Positions 11,871 through 26,194 of a DNA stretch of 64,000 nt are shown here, in pieces (positions within the stretch are counted from its first letter, which is position 1; every line of letters starts with the position of its first letter). The position numbers and the translations under genes are program-made. The DNA lies in contig CATNEN010000032.1 in the NCBI GenBank assembly GCA_950097015.1, positions 1,240,001-1,304,000 on the forward strand, in the 5' to 3' direction. A model generated the notes under the pieces. It searched no databases, was not told where the DNA came from, and saw only the letters and a list, made by a program, of their open reading frames with translations. The stretch is from Macrostomum hystrix (taxonomy: Eukaryota > Animalia > Platyhelminthes).

Positions 11871-13642
11871 ATACTATTGCGACTTGAATGATATATTTTT
11901 TATTTTACCGTTTTTTAACGATTTTGCGTCAACAAAGGAATATATTTTGGATTGTTTTGCATAATTTGAAGAAAATCATTCTAAGTTTCCTGTAAGATTT
12001 CTCTAGCAGCGGCCGGCACCATCAAACCCGGAAGCTTGTTGCAGAAAAAGCTGCGTAAAAAGCGAGTAAACCATGCAGCTGGTGAGACCTAATACTGTGA
12101 TGCCTTCGTCCTAAAACGGGCTCTCCGCCACGCAGGTTGCTTCTTTGTGAGTCGATGGACGAGCCCTGCGTGCTTCCCTTCCGCCGGCGACTCGTGAGTC
12201 CGAGGGGCTGCTCACAAAGGCATAATTAAGCAAGCCAACGAGGCCTCAAAGCAGACAAAATAGGGTGCGGATCAGCCTTTGAGCGAGCTTCAACGACTGG
12301 GCCTGCTCCTGATCGGCCTTTGATCTTCCCTTCTGCTTTGCCTCGCCATTCTCAAGGCGCGTTTGGCTCGCTTTCATCTTCTTCCTTCTGCTTTGTATTT
12401 GCCTTTGCCTTTGGGTCTGCTTTTGCTTTGCCCGAAAAACCAAAGAGAGCTGCTGGGGCGATGAGGGGCTGGCATGTAACTGCGTGGGCAGGCCGGCTTT
12501 GTGCGAAACACTTCCTATATGTATGCCGCCATCATGCCTGTCCTCGTGTGGCTTCTTACAGTGACGTTAATCAAATCACGGTCGATACTCCCATGTGGAA
12601 ATGCGTGCGGGTCATGCGGCCACTGTCGCATTTTAGTAGATTTTGCATTGTGTTCTGTTTTTTGTGTAGTTTGGATTTTTATCTACCACAGAACGAGTTA
12701 TAGTTTCGAGATTTGACGCACAACAGAATTTTAATCTGCGCGAAGTTCAATGCGCGACGGATTGCTGAATTTGAATTCGTTCGCAAAAATAGAATTAAAA
12801 TGTACTCAGAAATATTTGACTGCGCAAAAAAAAACACAAAAATAGTGTAAATATACTAATTGGATTGATAAAATGTGCAACTTTAGTATGTACGCTTGAT
12901 CAATCAGAAGTCAGATTTACAGCATAACAATTTGTTTCTTTGATTAAAGAGCTAAAAAATTACCCAAGATTTCTGAAGCATGTGACCGACACGTGTGCGG
13001 TGTTCAATGGTAAGAAAATTGGCGTTCAACGGCGAAAAGCAGCGCTTTTAACTTATTCAGGCACAAAGCAATCTCTAAATACAATTATTTTGCCCTACCT
13101 TGTCCAATTGTAGAGCAGACTTTGCCTCTATATTTACACTATACTAGTGAAAACATTCTATTTTGGTTGCCATTTCTGCTGCTTGGGCTTGGCTGCAGGT
13201 GCTGAGCCGGCACCGGAGATGTCTCAGGTGGTCCAGCGGGAAGCGCACAAGATTAACACCGATGAGAGCGACTGGGGGGCGACTGCGGCATCTGAAGTGT
13301 AGATTCCGGGCAGCAGAAATTCTATCATCGATTCAGGCCAAAGCAACAGCTTTTGTTGGACTCAAAAGCTGTTGTTGGAAAACACGGACTCAATTAAAGT
13401 ATATTTGCAATATAAGAAATCATGAGGGATATTAGTTCATGTTGCATCTTTAAAGTCTTAAAAGTCCTAGGTAGAAGTGCCTGAGACCTTGGGATATTAG
13501 AGATTATAGTCTAACTCCACCTTGTTAAAGGAAATGACTCCACCGCGACTTCATTTTAACAATCGACAATTATAACTGACTCTCTAAATTGCTTTAGTTC
13601 ACCCAGTAAAAACATCATTAAGCTAGCGTAGTTTAGCGTGAC

Positions 13643-13736
13643 TGTGGCATCACTCCTGTCCATGGACTGTACAGTCGTACGCAGTTTTCAGATGCGTCGC
13701 TCAATAGCTTCGGTTGTGCTATCGGCGCTACACATC
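13643..13736 (+). mobile_element. Degenerate partial copy (3' body) of the SINE family at 29461-29752
   Basis: TGTGGCATCACTCCTGTCCATGGACTGTACAGTCGTACGCAGTTTTCAGATGCG...CACATC aligns by eye to the reverse complement of 29480-29575. Confidence 0.7.
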
Positions 13737-14151
13737 ACAGTTCACTTATCGGTAAAGCTGACGTAAGTAAAACAAAATAAAAAATAAAAAACTTTGGCAA
13801 GGGACAATTTACTTGCAAAATTTCATTGAAAAGTTACAATAATGCGAAAATAATTAGACTTTTGGTAAAGTGCTCAAATAATCTCATTACTTAGTGGTCT
13901 ATTTCCATGAAAGCACAATTTCAGATTTTGTTACCAAGCAAATGCACAGGTTGTCGCATCGCCTGATCGCTACTATCTTAGCTGACAAACTTCGTTTCGT
14001 AATATCCAGTGACTTGGCACAGCTCATTCATAAAATTTACTATTTTTAATAGTCCTGATCGTAGCCCTATACTTTAGTGTCGCTGGATGTTTACTTAAGC
14101 GTACTACTATAATACTTAAAAAAGCAACTCTAACTATAAATTTGCTTTAAC

Positions 14152-17100
14152 ATGTTCACCAGAAGAAGACATGGAGCAAAACTTAAATTTTTGATTGGAG
14201 CCTCATTTATAGTTGTCTTCTTTTTTGTTTATTATGTAGGTACAATGACATCGAAAAGCTCAAGCGGTCATGTACCCCATAGTCAACTTGCAATGGATCA
14301 AAGTGGACAAGTGGATGAGGCAAAAAGTGTGAGTTTTTTAATGATCTGGCTCCTTTAAGTGTGATTGCATACATAAATCAGAATAATATGGTTTTATATT
14401 GTGCTTATTGTTTTTAATGAAGATGTATTGTTATTCTAATACAAAAGAGTGTACTAGTTAGCTACATGAATAATAATGTATAGCTAATTAATGTTCTTGT
14501 CAAATATACTATCAGGATTTTGCTGAAAGAAAATTTGCAATTATGCAGTATGTCCAATTTTGGTGTGTGATTTTAAAGTGACAGTGACAAGCAAGAGTGC
14601 TAATGACTTTTATTTTTTGCTAATGCCACACAGTCACTGAAAATTGCTATAAAATGCAGTGTCTAATTTGAGTGTTCCATTTCCAACTTTTGTGTGTACC
14701 ACACACAGGAATCACCCAAGAAACCCAATCTACAAGTTAACAAGGAACAAAGTAAATATCTATTTGTTGTAATATTTGCTTGAATATAATTAACTAGTTT
14801 CTAAAATTGTGTGGTGTTTTTGTATTTAGTTGATAATGCTAGCATATTTTTTTGTTACATAATAAGTCTCTAAGTTCAAATATTAATCAATCATAGAAAA
14901 ATTATATACATATCATATATCATATATCATAGAAATACGAATATTATATCAAAAAATCAAATACAAATATTATATCATAGAAAAAACACTAGCTGTATAC
15001 TAAGTTGTTATTTTAAATTCATCTTTTTAAAAGCCATCAAAGCAGACTAAAGCTATATTTAATGAAAATGAAACAAAAAAATAATATAAATGTATCATTA
15101 TTAAACAATTGAAGATTATTGCTATGAAACCCTTTTAGTATTTCCAGTCATGTTTAAAATTCCAATTATCTTTACTTTTTTAAACTTTTGTATGCTATTA
15201 GAGTAACTATTGTTAGGATAGATATAAATTTGGCTCTTTAACATTGCTAAATGCTAAGTGTTCTTAAAATGCATCTGGGAATATTTTGTGTGCAAGGGAA
15301 GAATATATGGAGCAGCAGATTGTTTCACGCTAAACAGATCCTAATTGAGGTCATCAAAAAGTGATTCAAACTGTATCATTGTTATTGCCTTATTGTTCAA
15401 TATTGTACAATTTGCAACAATGTGCTTTGGTGCTAGAGATGGGTGACTCTGTTAGGCTTATAAAACTCCGGACTCCCCAATGGGGTAGGTGCACACCCAG
15501 CCATCTCAAGCCAGTGAAGTGCTTGCTAAATTTGATAAATTAGATCTAATTTAGTTGTTATTAACTTCTGCCCCAACCTGATGAAACAGGCCAGCTTGAC
15601 CTTTCGCAATCGTGCCTTCTACCTCAATGGGGCTCGAATTCAAATCCTATCTGGCGCTATTCACTACTTTCGGGTCCCTAAGGAATACTGGCGCGACCGC
15701 CTGCTGAAACTGAAAGCTGCCGGATTTAACACTGTTGAGACGTGAGTTTAGATACAATTTGTTTGAGTAAAGTCTTCTAAAATCCATTCTCCATTCTATA
15801 TTTGTCTCTTCGTTGATTTTTTATTCTTTCAGTTATGCCCCGTGGAATCTGCATGAAGAGACGAAAGGAAACTTCAATTTTAACGGCGTGCTCAATGTCA
15901 GGTTTGTGACTGGCCAATTCTTAGTTTCAGATTTAACAATATCAAATATTGATTACGAATGATTTATTTCGAATAGCAGCTCGTAATGTTGAGAAGCCTT
16001 GCTTTCAAGCTCTGAAATGCACAAAATGAGTTTACTAGACCAGCTTAAGGAGAGCATAAGAGATGAATGGAGCATAAGAGAGGGAGAGATGAAGGGAGCA
16101 TAAGAGAGAGGGAGAGATGAATGGAGCATAAGAGAGGGAGAGATGAAGGGAGCATAAGAGAGAGGGAGAGATGAAGGGAGCATAAGAGAGAGGGAGAGAT
16201 GAAGGAAGCATAAGAGAGAGGGAGAGATGAAGGGAGCATAAGAGAGAGGGAGAGATGAAGGGAGCATAAGAGAAGGAGAGATGAAGGGAAGGGATGATAA
16301 AATGGCTATTAGAGATTTGAACAGAGTTACTTAAAATTATTTTTCTCTACTATTTTTTCCCATAGGATATTCTTTAAGCTTGCCCAGGATCTGGGCCTTT
16401 ACGTGATCTTCCGACCTGGTCCGTATATCTGCTCCGAGTGGGAGTTTGGCGGATTGCCTGGGTGAGTTCGCTTTGTGGCTCATTTCTTCGGGTGTGGAGG
16501 TCAGATTCTTAGAATTTCAGGTGTGCTGAATTTTGTGGGGTATTTGTCAGCTGAGATTTTTTCGATATTGCAGGGTGAGATGTTGGGTGTGTAGGGAGAT
16601 TTTGGGATGTACAAAACAGCAGATAATTATTTTTAGCGACCCAGGAAACTCTTCAGCCTCTAGGGGCTAGATTTTTGTCATGCAATGGTCACGCCCAGGC
16701 CAATTGCCCGCCTTCAATTTCAGATGGCTGCTGTCCGACCCGAACATGCGAGTGCGCAGCATGTACATGGGCTTCACCCAGGCTGCCGAGGACTATCTAA
16801 AAGTCGTCATCAACGAAGTTGCCGATCTGCAAATTAGCCGCGGCGGGCCAATCATTGCGTTCCAGGTCTGGACTGAACTGTCACTCTCACCTGTCACTGC
16901 TGTCTGTCAACCTCACTTATCACTGTTGCCTGTCACTCCATCACTATCGCTGTCTGTCACTCCATCACTATCGCTGCCTGTCACTCCATCGCTATCGCTG
17001 TCTGTCACTCTATCACTATCGCTGTCTGTCACTCCATCACAATCGCTGTCTGTCACTCCATCGCTATCGCTGCCTGTCACTCCATCACTATCGCTGCCTG

Positions 17101-20100
17101 TCACTCCATCACAATCGCTGTCTGTCACTCCATCACTATCGCTGCCTGTCACTCTATCACTATCGCTGTCTGTCACTCCATCACTATCGTTGCCTGTCAC
17201 TCTATCACTATCGCTGTCTGTCACTCTATCACTATCGCTGCCTGTCACTCCATCACTACCACTGCCTATCATTCCGTGAGTGTCCGCAGCTCTCCGCAGA
17301 CAGCAATTCTAACACGATTGAACCCTAACCTGCTCAGGTAGAGAATGAGTACGGCAGCTACGGTGACAACAATCGCTACCTGCGCCATTTGGCCGACGCT
17401 ATGCGCCGCAGCGGCGTTGTCGAAGCTCTGTTCACCAGCGACGGTGACGAGGGCATCCGGCACGCCAAGCCGCTGGCGGGCGCCTTCGCCGGGCTGAATT
17501 ACAACAGCAAAGCGCACGCCAAGAAACTCTTATCGATTGTCCGCAGCTGGGACTCCAGCCTGCCCGTGTTTGCCACCGAACTGTGGACTGGCTGGTTCCT
17601 GCCCTGGGGCGCCAAGGATAAGAGTCAGGTGGGCTCTTCTCGTACCTTTTTATCCCAATTTGAAAGGGATATTTATTGCTAAATCATTTCAATAAGACAC
17701 TGTTAGAATAATTACGGACTTAATTTCTAGAATCAATGCTATTACCTCATAATCTGAGTTGTATTTTCAGAATTTATCAATACTATCCCTGCAGAATACA
17801 AATTGAATCAGAATTTATACAATTCCCACAGAAAAATCCATATTCTCCCTTCAGTATCCATATATTAACCCTTAGTATCTATATAATCCCTTCAGTATCC
17901 ATATTATCCCCATCAGTATCTATATAATCCCTTCAGTATCCATATATTAACCCTTAGTATCTATATAATCCCTTCAGTATCCATATTATCCCCATCAGTA
18001 TCTATATAATCCCTTCAGTATCCATATTATCCCCATCAGTATCTATATAATCCCTTCAGTATCCATATTATCCCCATCAGTATCTATATAATCCCTTCAG
18101 TATCCATATTATCCCCATCAGTATCTATATAATCCCTTCAGTATCCATATTATCCCCATCAGTATCTATATAATCCATGTTATCCCTTTGGATCTATATT
18201 ATCCCCATCAGTATCTATATAATCCCTTCAGTATTTATATTATCCCCATCAGTATCTATATAATCCCTTCAGTATCCATATTATCCCCATCAGTATCTAT
18301 ATAATCCCTTCAGTATCCATATATTAACCCTTAGTATCTATATAATCCCTTCAGTATCCATATTATCCCCATCAGTATCTATATAATCCCTTCAGTATCC
18401 ATATTATCCCCATCAGTATCTATATAATCCCATCAGTATCCATATTATCCCCATCAGTATCTATATAATCCCTTCAGTATTTATATTATCCCCATCAGTA
18501 TCTATATAATCCCTTCAGTATTCATATTATCCCGATCAGTATCTATATAATCCCTTCAGTATTCATATTATCCCGATCAGTATCTATATAATCCATGTTA
18601 TCCCTCTGGATCTATATTATCCCCATCAGTATCTATATAATCCCATCAGTATCCATATTATCCCCATCAGTATCTATATAATCCCTTCAGTATTCATATT
18701 ATCCCCATCAGTATCTATATAATCCCTTCAGTATTTATATTATCCCCATCAGTATCTATATAATCCCTTCAGTATTCATATTATCCCCATCAGTATCTAT
18801 ATAATCCCTTCAGTATTCATATTATCCCGATCAGTATCTATATAATCCCTTCAGTATTCATATTATCCCGATCAGTATCTATATAATCCCTTCAGTATTT
18901 ATATTATCCCCATCAGTATCTATATAATCCCTTCAGTATTCATATTATCCCGATCAGTATCTATATAATCCCATCAGTATCCATATTATCCCCATCAGTA
19001 TCTATATAATCCCTTCAGTATTCATATTATCCCGATCAGTATCTATATAATCCCATCAGTATCCATATTATCCCCATCAGTATCTATATAATCCCTTCAG
19101 TATTCATATTATCCCGATCAGTATCTATATAATCCATGTTATCCCTCTGGATCTATATTATCCCCATCAGTATCTATATAATCCCATCAGTATCCATATT
19201 ATCCCCATCAGTATCTATATAATCCCTTCAGTATTCATATTATCCCGATCAGTATCTATATAATCCCATCAGTATCCATATTATCCCCATCAGTATCTAT
19301 ATAATCCCTTCAGTATTCATATTATCCCATCTGTATCTATATAATCCCTTCAGTATCCATATTATCCCCATCAGTATCTATATAATCCCATCAGTATTCG
19401 TATTATCCCGATCAGTATCTATATAATCCCTTCAGTATTTATATTATCCCGATCAGTATCTATATAATCCCTTCAGTATTCATATTATCCCGATCAGTAT
19501 CTATATAATCCCTTCAGTATTTATATTATCCCCATCAGTATCTATATAATCCCTTCAGTATTCATATTATCCCGATCAGTATCTATATAATCCCTTCAGT
19601 ATTCATATTATCCCGATCAGTATCTATATAATCCCTTCAGTATTTATATTATCCCCATCAGTATCTATATAATCCCTTCAGTATTCATATTATCCCGATC
19701 AGTATCTATATAATCCCTTCAGTATCCATATTATCCCCATCAGTATCTATATAATCCCATCAGTATTCGTATTATCCCGATCAGTATCTATATAATCCCT
19801 TCAGTATTTATATTATCCCGATCAGTATCTATATAATCCCTTCAGTATCCATATTATCCCCATCAGTATCTATATAATCCCTTCAGTATCCATATTATCC
19901 CGATCAGTATCTATATAATCCCTTCAGTATCCATATTATCCCCATCAGTATCTATATAATCCCTTCAGTATTCATATTATCCCGATCAGTATCTATATAA
20001 TCCCTTCAGTATTCATATTATCCCGATCAGTATCTATATAATCCCTTCAGTATCCATATTATCCCCATCAGTATCTATATAATCCCTTCAGTATCCATAT

Positions 20101-23100
20101 TATCCCCATCAGTATCTATATAATCCCTTCAGTATCCATATTATCCCCATCAGTATCTATATAATCCCTTCAGTATCCATATTATCCCCATCAGTATCTA
20201 TATAATCCCTTCAGTATCCATATTATCCCCATCAGTATCTATATAATCCATGTTATCCCTTTGGATCTATATTATCCCCATCAGTATCTATATAATCCCT
20301 TCAGTATTTATATTATCCCCATCAGTATCTATATAATCCCTTCAGTATTTATATTATCCCCATCAGTATCTATATAATCTCTTCAGTATTCATATTATCC
20401 CCATCAGTATCTATATAATCCCTTCAGTATTCATATTATCCCGATCAGTATCTATATAATCCCTTCAGTATCCATATTATCCCCATCAGTATCTATATAA
20501 TCCCTTCAGTATTCATATTATCCCCATCAGTATCTATATAATCTCTTCAGTATTCATATTATCCCCATCAGTATCTATATAATCCCTTCAGTATTCATAT
20601 TATCCCCATCAGTATCTATATAATCCCTTCAGTATTTATATTATCCCCATCAGTATCTTTATAATCCCTTCAGTATTCATATTATCCCGATCAGTATCTA
20701 TATAATCCATGTTATCCCTCTGGATCTATATTATCCCCTCAGAATGTATATTATCCCTCTAGAATCCATATTTTCCCCTCAGTATCTCTATTATCCCCTT
20801 AGTGCAATTAGTCCCTCTAGAACCAGGGTTATCCCCTGCTACACCGAATCTAAGTACCAACTCTAGTTCACCTGTGACAGCCCAATCCTCCCCTGTTGGC
20901 AGGTGATCAGCCTGCCCGATCTGCTGGAGGCAGTAACCAGCTTGCTTGACCAGGACGCCAGCCTCAACCTGTACATGTTTCATGGCGGCACCAACTTCGG
21001 CTTCATGAACGGCTATAACGGCATCGCCGGCGCACCGCTCATCACCAGCTACGATTACGACGCGCCGCTTAGCGAGAACGGCCAGCCAACTGAGAAATAT
21101 CACAAAATCAGAGAGCTGCTGCTGGCCCGGCTGTCCAAGACCGCTGTCAAGAGCTTGCCGGACATTCCGCCACCCATTCCTACGAAAGACTACGGTCAGT
21201 CAACTAGTGTATTATCTCCGGTGTAGGTTTAGACCAAACAGGTGGTCAGGGGTTCGTATCCGATGGTGATTCTGCCACCTGATTATCCCCACTCCCCCTA
21301 CCCCTTCTCAGTCTGCAATCCTACCCATCTCAGCCTGCAATCCTACCCATCTCAGCCTGCAATCCTACCCATCTCAGCTTGCAATCCTACCCATCTCAGT
21401 CTGCAATCCTACCCATCTCAGTCTGCAATCCTACCCATCTCAGTCTGCAATCCTACCCATCTCAGTCTGCAATCCTACCCATCTCAGCCTGCAATCCTAC
21501 CCATCTCAGCCTGCAATCCTACCCATCTCAGCCTGCAATCCTACCCATCTCAGTCTGCAATCCTACCCATCTCAGCATGCAATCCTACCCATCTCAGCCT
21601 GCAATCCTACCCATCTCAGTCTGCAATCCTACCCATCTCAGCCTGCAATCCTACCCATCTCAGCCTGCAATCCTACCCATCTCAGCATGCAATCCTACCC
21701 ATCTCAGCCTGCAATCCTACCCATCTCAGTCTGCAATCCTACCCATCTCAGCCTGCAATCCTACCCATCTCAGTCTGCAATCCTACCCATCTCAGCATGC
21801 AATCCTACCCATCTCAGCCTGCAATCCTACCCATCTCAGTCTGCAATCCTACCCATCTCAGCCTGCAATCCTACCCATCTCAGCCTGCAATCCTACCCAT
21901 CTCAGCCTGCAATCCTACCCATCTCAGCCTGCAATCCTACCCATCTCAGCCTGCAATCCTACCCATCTCAGCCTGCAATCCTACCCATCTCAGCCTGCAA
22001 TCCTACCCATCTCAGTCTGCAATCCTACCCATCTCAGCCTGCAATCCTACCCATCTCAGCCTGCAATCCTACCCATCTCAGCCTGCAATCCTACCCATCT
22101 CAGTCTGCAATCCTACCCATCTCAGTCTGCAATCCTACCCATCTCAGTCTGCAATCCTATTCCTTCTCAGCCTGCAATCCTACCCATCTCAGTCTGCAAT
22201 CCTACCCATCTCAGTCTGCAATCCTACCCATCTCAGCCTGCAATCCTACCCATCTCAGTCTGCAATCCTACCCATCTCAGTCTGCAATCCTACCCATCTC
22301 AGCCTGCAATCCTACCCATCTCAGCCTGCAATCCTACCCATCTCAATCTGCAATCCTACCCATCTCAGTCTGCAATCCTATTCCTTCTCAGCCTTCGATC
22401 CCACCCTAAATCACACAACAAGGTGCCTTCTGCCTTACAGAATCTATGTTATCCGAATTCAAGAAACACCTAATACATTTTATTATGCGTTTTTATTAAC
22501 TAATTTTAGGCAGTCAGCCAATCAAATGGACTATGAGCTGGGACAGACTGATTGAGATGGTTGACGTAGGTGTTCAGACTTTGCTGGCTTTTCAATCAAA
22601 CTGTCACAGTCTTCACAGTCAAAACATGAATTATTATTTATTTTCAGAAGCCCACAATGTCCGATACGCTGAAATTCATGGAGGAGGTTCATCAAAACTA
22701 TGGCTTCATTTTGTATCGATCGGCTTTTCAATCGGCTCAGAATCTTACGATTATTGGACATGTTGCAGACAGGGCTCAGGTGAGGGCTGTTATATTTATA
22801 TAATTTATTTGCTGACATTTTAGCCACAGTAGCCACAGTTCTTTAAGAATTCCAAAAATTCTTGAGTAACCTGCAAAATTCTCAAGGGATTCCGTAAAAG
22901 TGTGGGTAATCGACGAAATTTTCGGGGATTCCCGTATAATTATTGGGGATTCCCAAAATATCTTAAGGAATTCCGAAAATTCTTTGGGATTCACGTAAAA
23001 TTCTTGGGGAATCCCTTAATATCTAAAGGAATTCCGGAAATTGTTGGGGATTCCCATATAACTCTTAGGGATTCCCATAATATCTTAAGGAATTCCGAAA

Positions 23101-24718
23101 ATTCTTTGGGATTCCCGTAAAATTCTTAGAGAATCCTGAAAGTTCTTGTAAAATACTGAGAATTCTTCGGAAATCGTGAAACTTCTTCAGAATCTAAACT
23201 TTTTGGGCAATCCGTAGAAGTCATTGGAAATCTCAAATTAATTAGGATTCCGTAAAGCTCAGAAAAATCTAATTTGTTTCTTTTTCACAAACTACGTTAG
23301 GTTTGGACAATCTTAAAGATTATTATAATTCAGAAATTCAGAAATTCTTAAAGTGTTTTTACAACTGCTGCACTGAAAAGTAAGCGATAGTAATTCCTAT
23401 CTAGAAGACGCGCACACGAACAGGTTCTGATCAACGGCGCCCCAATCGATCCGACGGATCCCATGTCTGGCGTTGTTTATCACCCGCTGCCCGAGGCCGC
23501 GCCGCCCGTCACCCACCTTAGCCTGGCCAGGGCGCTGACTCGGCCTGGATCGCGTCAGATAAACTCGCTCTCGTCAGCCGATGAACCGTCTGGCAGCGTG
23601 CTGGACCTTCTCGTGGAGAATCTGGGCCGAGTCAACTATGCAACTTTCCAGTCGGGCATATTCAATCGCCAGCGCAAGGGTGTGTCGGCTGCGGCGGCGC
23701 CTGCTGCTGCTGCTGATTCGATGCGGCCCGTCGGCGACTCGCCCGACGTCCAATCGCCCGGCCAGCTGGCTTTAGACGGCCGGCCAGTCCGCAGCTTCAA
23801 GATTGTGTCGCTGGACTTTCGCAAAGCGTTTCTGTCCAAATTGTTGGCTAGCAACGACGCCTGGTCAATCGTGCGGCCGTCTGCGACTGCGCCAGCCGTT
23901 CCGGCGGCATCTTCGAGGACTGTCAACGGCAGCTCTGCCGCTAAATTGGCAACCGCCGCCGCCCCGGCTGCACCCATCGCCACTGGGCCGAGCCTGCACC
24001 GGGCCATACTCGAGATTGGGGTCGACGAGGTGGCTCGAGACACCTTTGTCGACATGTCCGACTGGGTAAAGGGCGTTGTGTTTGTCAACGGAGTTAACAT
24101 TGGCCGTTACTGGAATGTTGGCCCTCAAAAGACGCTGTACTTGCCTGCACCCTTTCTGCGTTCGGGAGAGAATGAGGTTCGTACTGGCCAACTCACGGCC
24201 TCCCCTTGACCTTAAAACTATCGCATTTATTTCAGATCTACTTCCGCCACATTCGGCCCTTAAATCCATTATCGATTTGATTCGATCTGATTCGATCCAT
24301 TACCAATATCGCCTTCAATTCCGCCACCCACTCCCGCCTTCAAATTCCGCACCCACTACCGCCTTCGATTCCACCCCAACTACCGCCTTCAATTCCGCCC
24401 CAACTACCGCCTTCAAATTCCGCACCCACTACCGCCTTCAATTCCGCCCCAACTACCGCCTTCGATTCCGCCCCCACTACCGCCTTCGATTCCGCCCCCA
24501 CTTCCGCCTTCGATTCCGCCCCCACTTCCGCCTTCGATTCCGCCCCCACTTCCGCCTTCGATTCCGCCCCCACTACCGCCTTCCTATCAGCCTCTTTCAT
24601 AACAATGAACCTGATTAACCTTCAGGTGATGATATTCGAATTGCATCGGCCAGCCGCAAGTGTTCGATTTGTGAAGTCGGCCAAGTACAGCTTCCCGGGT
24701 CAGCCGCCGAAAACGTAG
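14152..24718 (+). CDS. GLB1L: GH35 beta-galactosidase, GLB1-like 2/3 type, with an N-terminal membrane anchor
   Basis: Exons: 14152-14328, 14709-14751 (probable), 15555 or 15590-15741, 15833-15901, 16366-16461, 16724-16865, 17338-17628, 20903-21194, 22510-22565, 22648-22779, 23424-24176, 24626-24718; all GT-AG and phase-consistent, with the exon 2-3 junction least certain. Motifs: [71 protein letters not shown] (acid/base E), TELWTGWF (nucleophile E), [51 protein letters not shown]. Confidence 0.95.
16050..16290. repeat. ~28-bp purine-rich intronic minisatellite (GAGCATAAGAGAGAGGGAGAGATGAAGG)n
   Basis: About 8 tandem copies in the intron between exons ending 15901 and starting 16366. Confidence 0.9.
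16900..17270. repeat. 24-bp intronic minisatellite (GTCACTCCATCACTATCGCTGTCT)n
   Basis: About 15 copies in the intron separating IIAFQ from VENE. Confidence 0.93.
17850..20770. repeat. 41-bp dimeric (20+21) intronic minisatellite, CAGTATCTATATAATCCCTT + CAGTATYCATATTATCCCCAT
   Basis: About 70 tandem copies filling the 3.3-kb intron of the beta-galactosidase gene. Confidence 0.97.
21300..22395. repeat. 22-bp intronic minisatellite (CTCAGYCTGCAATCCTACCCAT)n
   Basis: About 49 copies; explains three overlapping spurious ORFs. Confidence 0.96.
22880..23230. repeat. Degenerate intronic repeat rich in GGGATTCCC / AAAATTCTT, with an internal ~118-bp duplication
   Basis: GGGGATTCCC...TATCTTAAGGAATTCCGAAAATTCTTTGGGATT occurs twice (~22925 and ~23045). 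Confidence 0.7.
24300..24585. repeat. 24-bp intronic minisatellite (CCGCCTTCGATTCCGCCCCCACTW)n
   Basis: About 11 copies in the last beta-galactosidase intron. Confidence 0.9.
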
Positions 24719-24959
24719 TTCGGCTTGCAATCTTGCAGTTCATATTGTTTCCTAGGTTTATTGTTTTGTTTTGTTTTGCAATCCTTCACTTTTTTATTAG
24801 ATTCTTTCTGCGGTGCACAGTTTTAGCAATTTAATTTCCAAGCGCAGTTTTTTAGTTCACCGACTCCTACTTCATCCTACTGCGGTTACTTTTGCTTAGG
24901 TATGGCATTGCTATTCTCGACTTTGTCATTTGGCTATTTTTTGAAGCCTAGGAAGTTTA

Positions 24960-25705
24960 TTTATGAACCTGTCTATGACCTGCAGTTATGAACCTGTCCA
25001 TGACCTGCAGTTATGAACCTGTCTATGACCTGCAGTTATGAACTTGTCTATGACCTGCAGTTATGAACCTGTCTATGACCTGCAGTTATGAACTTGTCCA
25101 TGACCTGCAGTTATGAACTTGTCCATGACCTGCAGTTATGAACTTGTCCATGACCTGCAGTTATGAACCTGTCTATGACCTGCAGTTATGAACTTGTCCA
25201 TGACCTGCAGTTATGAACTTGTCTATGACCTGCAGTTATGAACTTGTCCATGACCTGTGGTTATGAACTTGTCCATGACCTGCAGTTATGAACTTGTCCA
25301 TGACCTGTGGTTATGAACTTGTCCATGACCTGCAGTTATGAACTTGTCTATGACCTGCAGTTATGAACCTGTCTATGACCTGCAGTTATGAACTTGTCCA
25401 TGACCTGCAGTTATGAACTTGTCTATGACCTGCAGTTATGAACCTGTCTATGACCTGTGGTTATGAACCTGTCCATGACCTGTGGCTATGAACTTGTCCA
25501 TGACCTGCAGTTATGAACCTGTCTATGACCTGTGGTTATGAACCTGTCTATGACCTGCAGTTATGAACCTGTCCATGACCTGCAGTTATGAACCTGTCTA
25601 TGACCTGCAGTTATGAACCTGTCTATGACCTGCAGTTATGAACTTGTCTATGACCTGCAGTTATGAACCTGTCTATGACCTGTGGTTATGAACCTGTCCA
25701 TGACC
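24960..25705. repeat. 25-bp minisatellite (ATGAACYTGTCYATGACCTGCAGTT)n
   Basis: About 29 copies downstream of the beta-galactosidase stop; the unit is a diverged 13+12 dimer. Confidence 0.95.
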
Positions 25706-26194
25706 TAAGGTGTATGATCTGTAGTCATAAGCTTGTCAGTGACCAGTCATCATACGATACTTTTCTATGACCTGTGAAGTGTGTGTATGTAATAAATATT
25801 CAATGTTTGCTTCAGTATTGACCAGTTTTGAATGTCAAATTCTGTCACATTTTTTGACATGTTGCGACAAAGTTTTCAATTCCATATTCCCATATTGTAA
25901 GATATTAAACATGTGGTGCTCGGCCAACACTCGTAGATCTAGAAGATCTTGCTAAATTATAAATACCGGCGACTTTACTTTGAGTTGGTTTCTTTGTTTT
26001 TAAGTTAATTGATGCTTAACATCTTCAATTGCAATGAAGTCGAGCCTCTCATTCTGGTGCTAAACAATGCATTAACCCACACTGTCTGTAATAAATACCG
26101 TGTATCAACCGCCTTATTGAATGATGGAGAATAAAAAAAATCTGATTATTTGTTAATAAATATGCGTTCGCTTCCTTTTTTGTGGTAGAAAGTA

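Noticed and set aside
21242-22555. Three overlapping [13 protein letters not shown] ORFs
   Set aside because: A 22-bp intronic repeat between bona fide GH35 exons.
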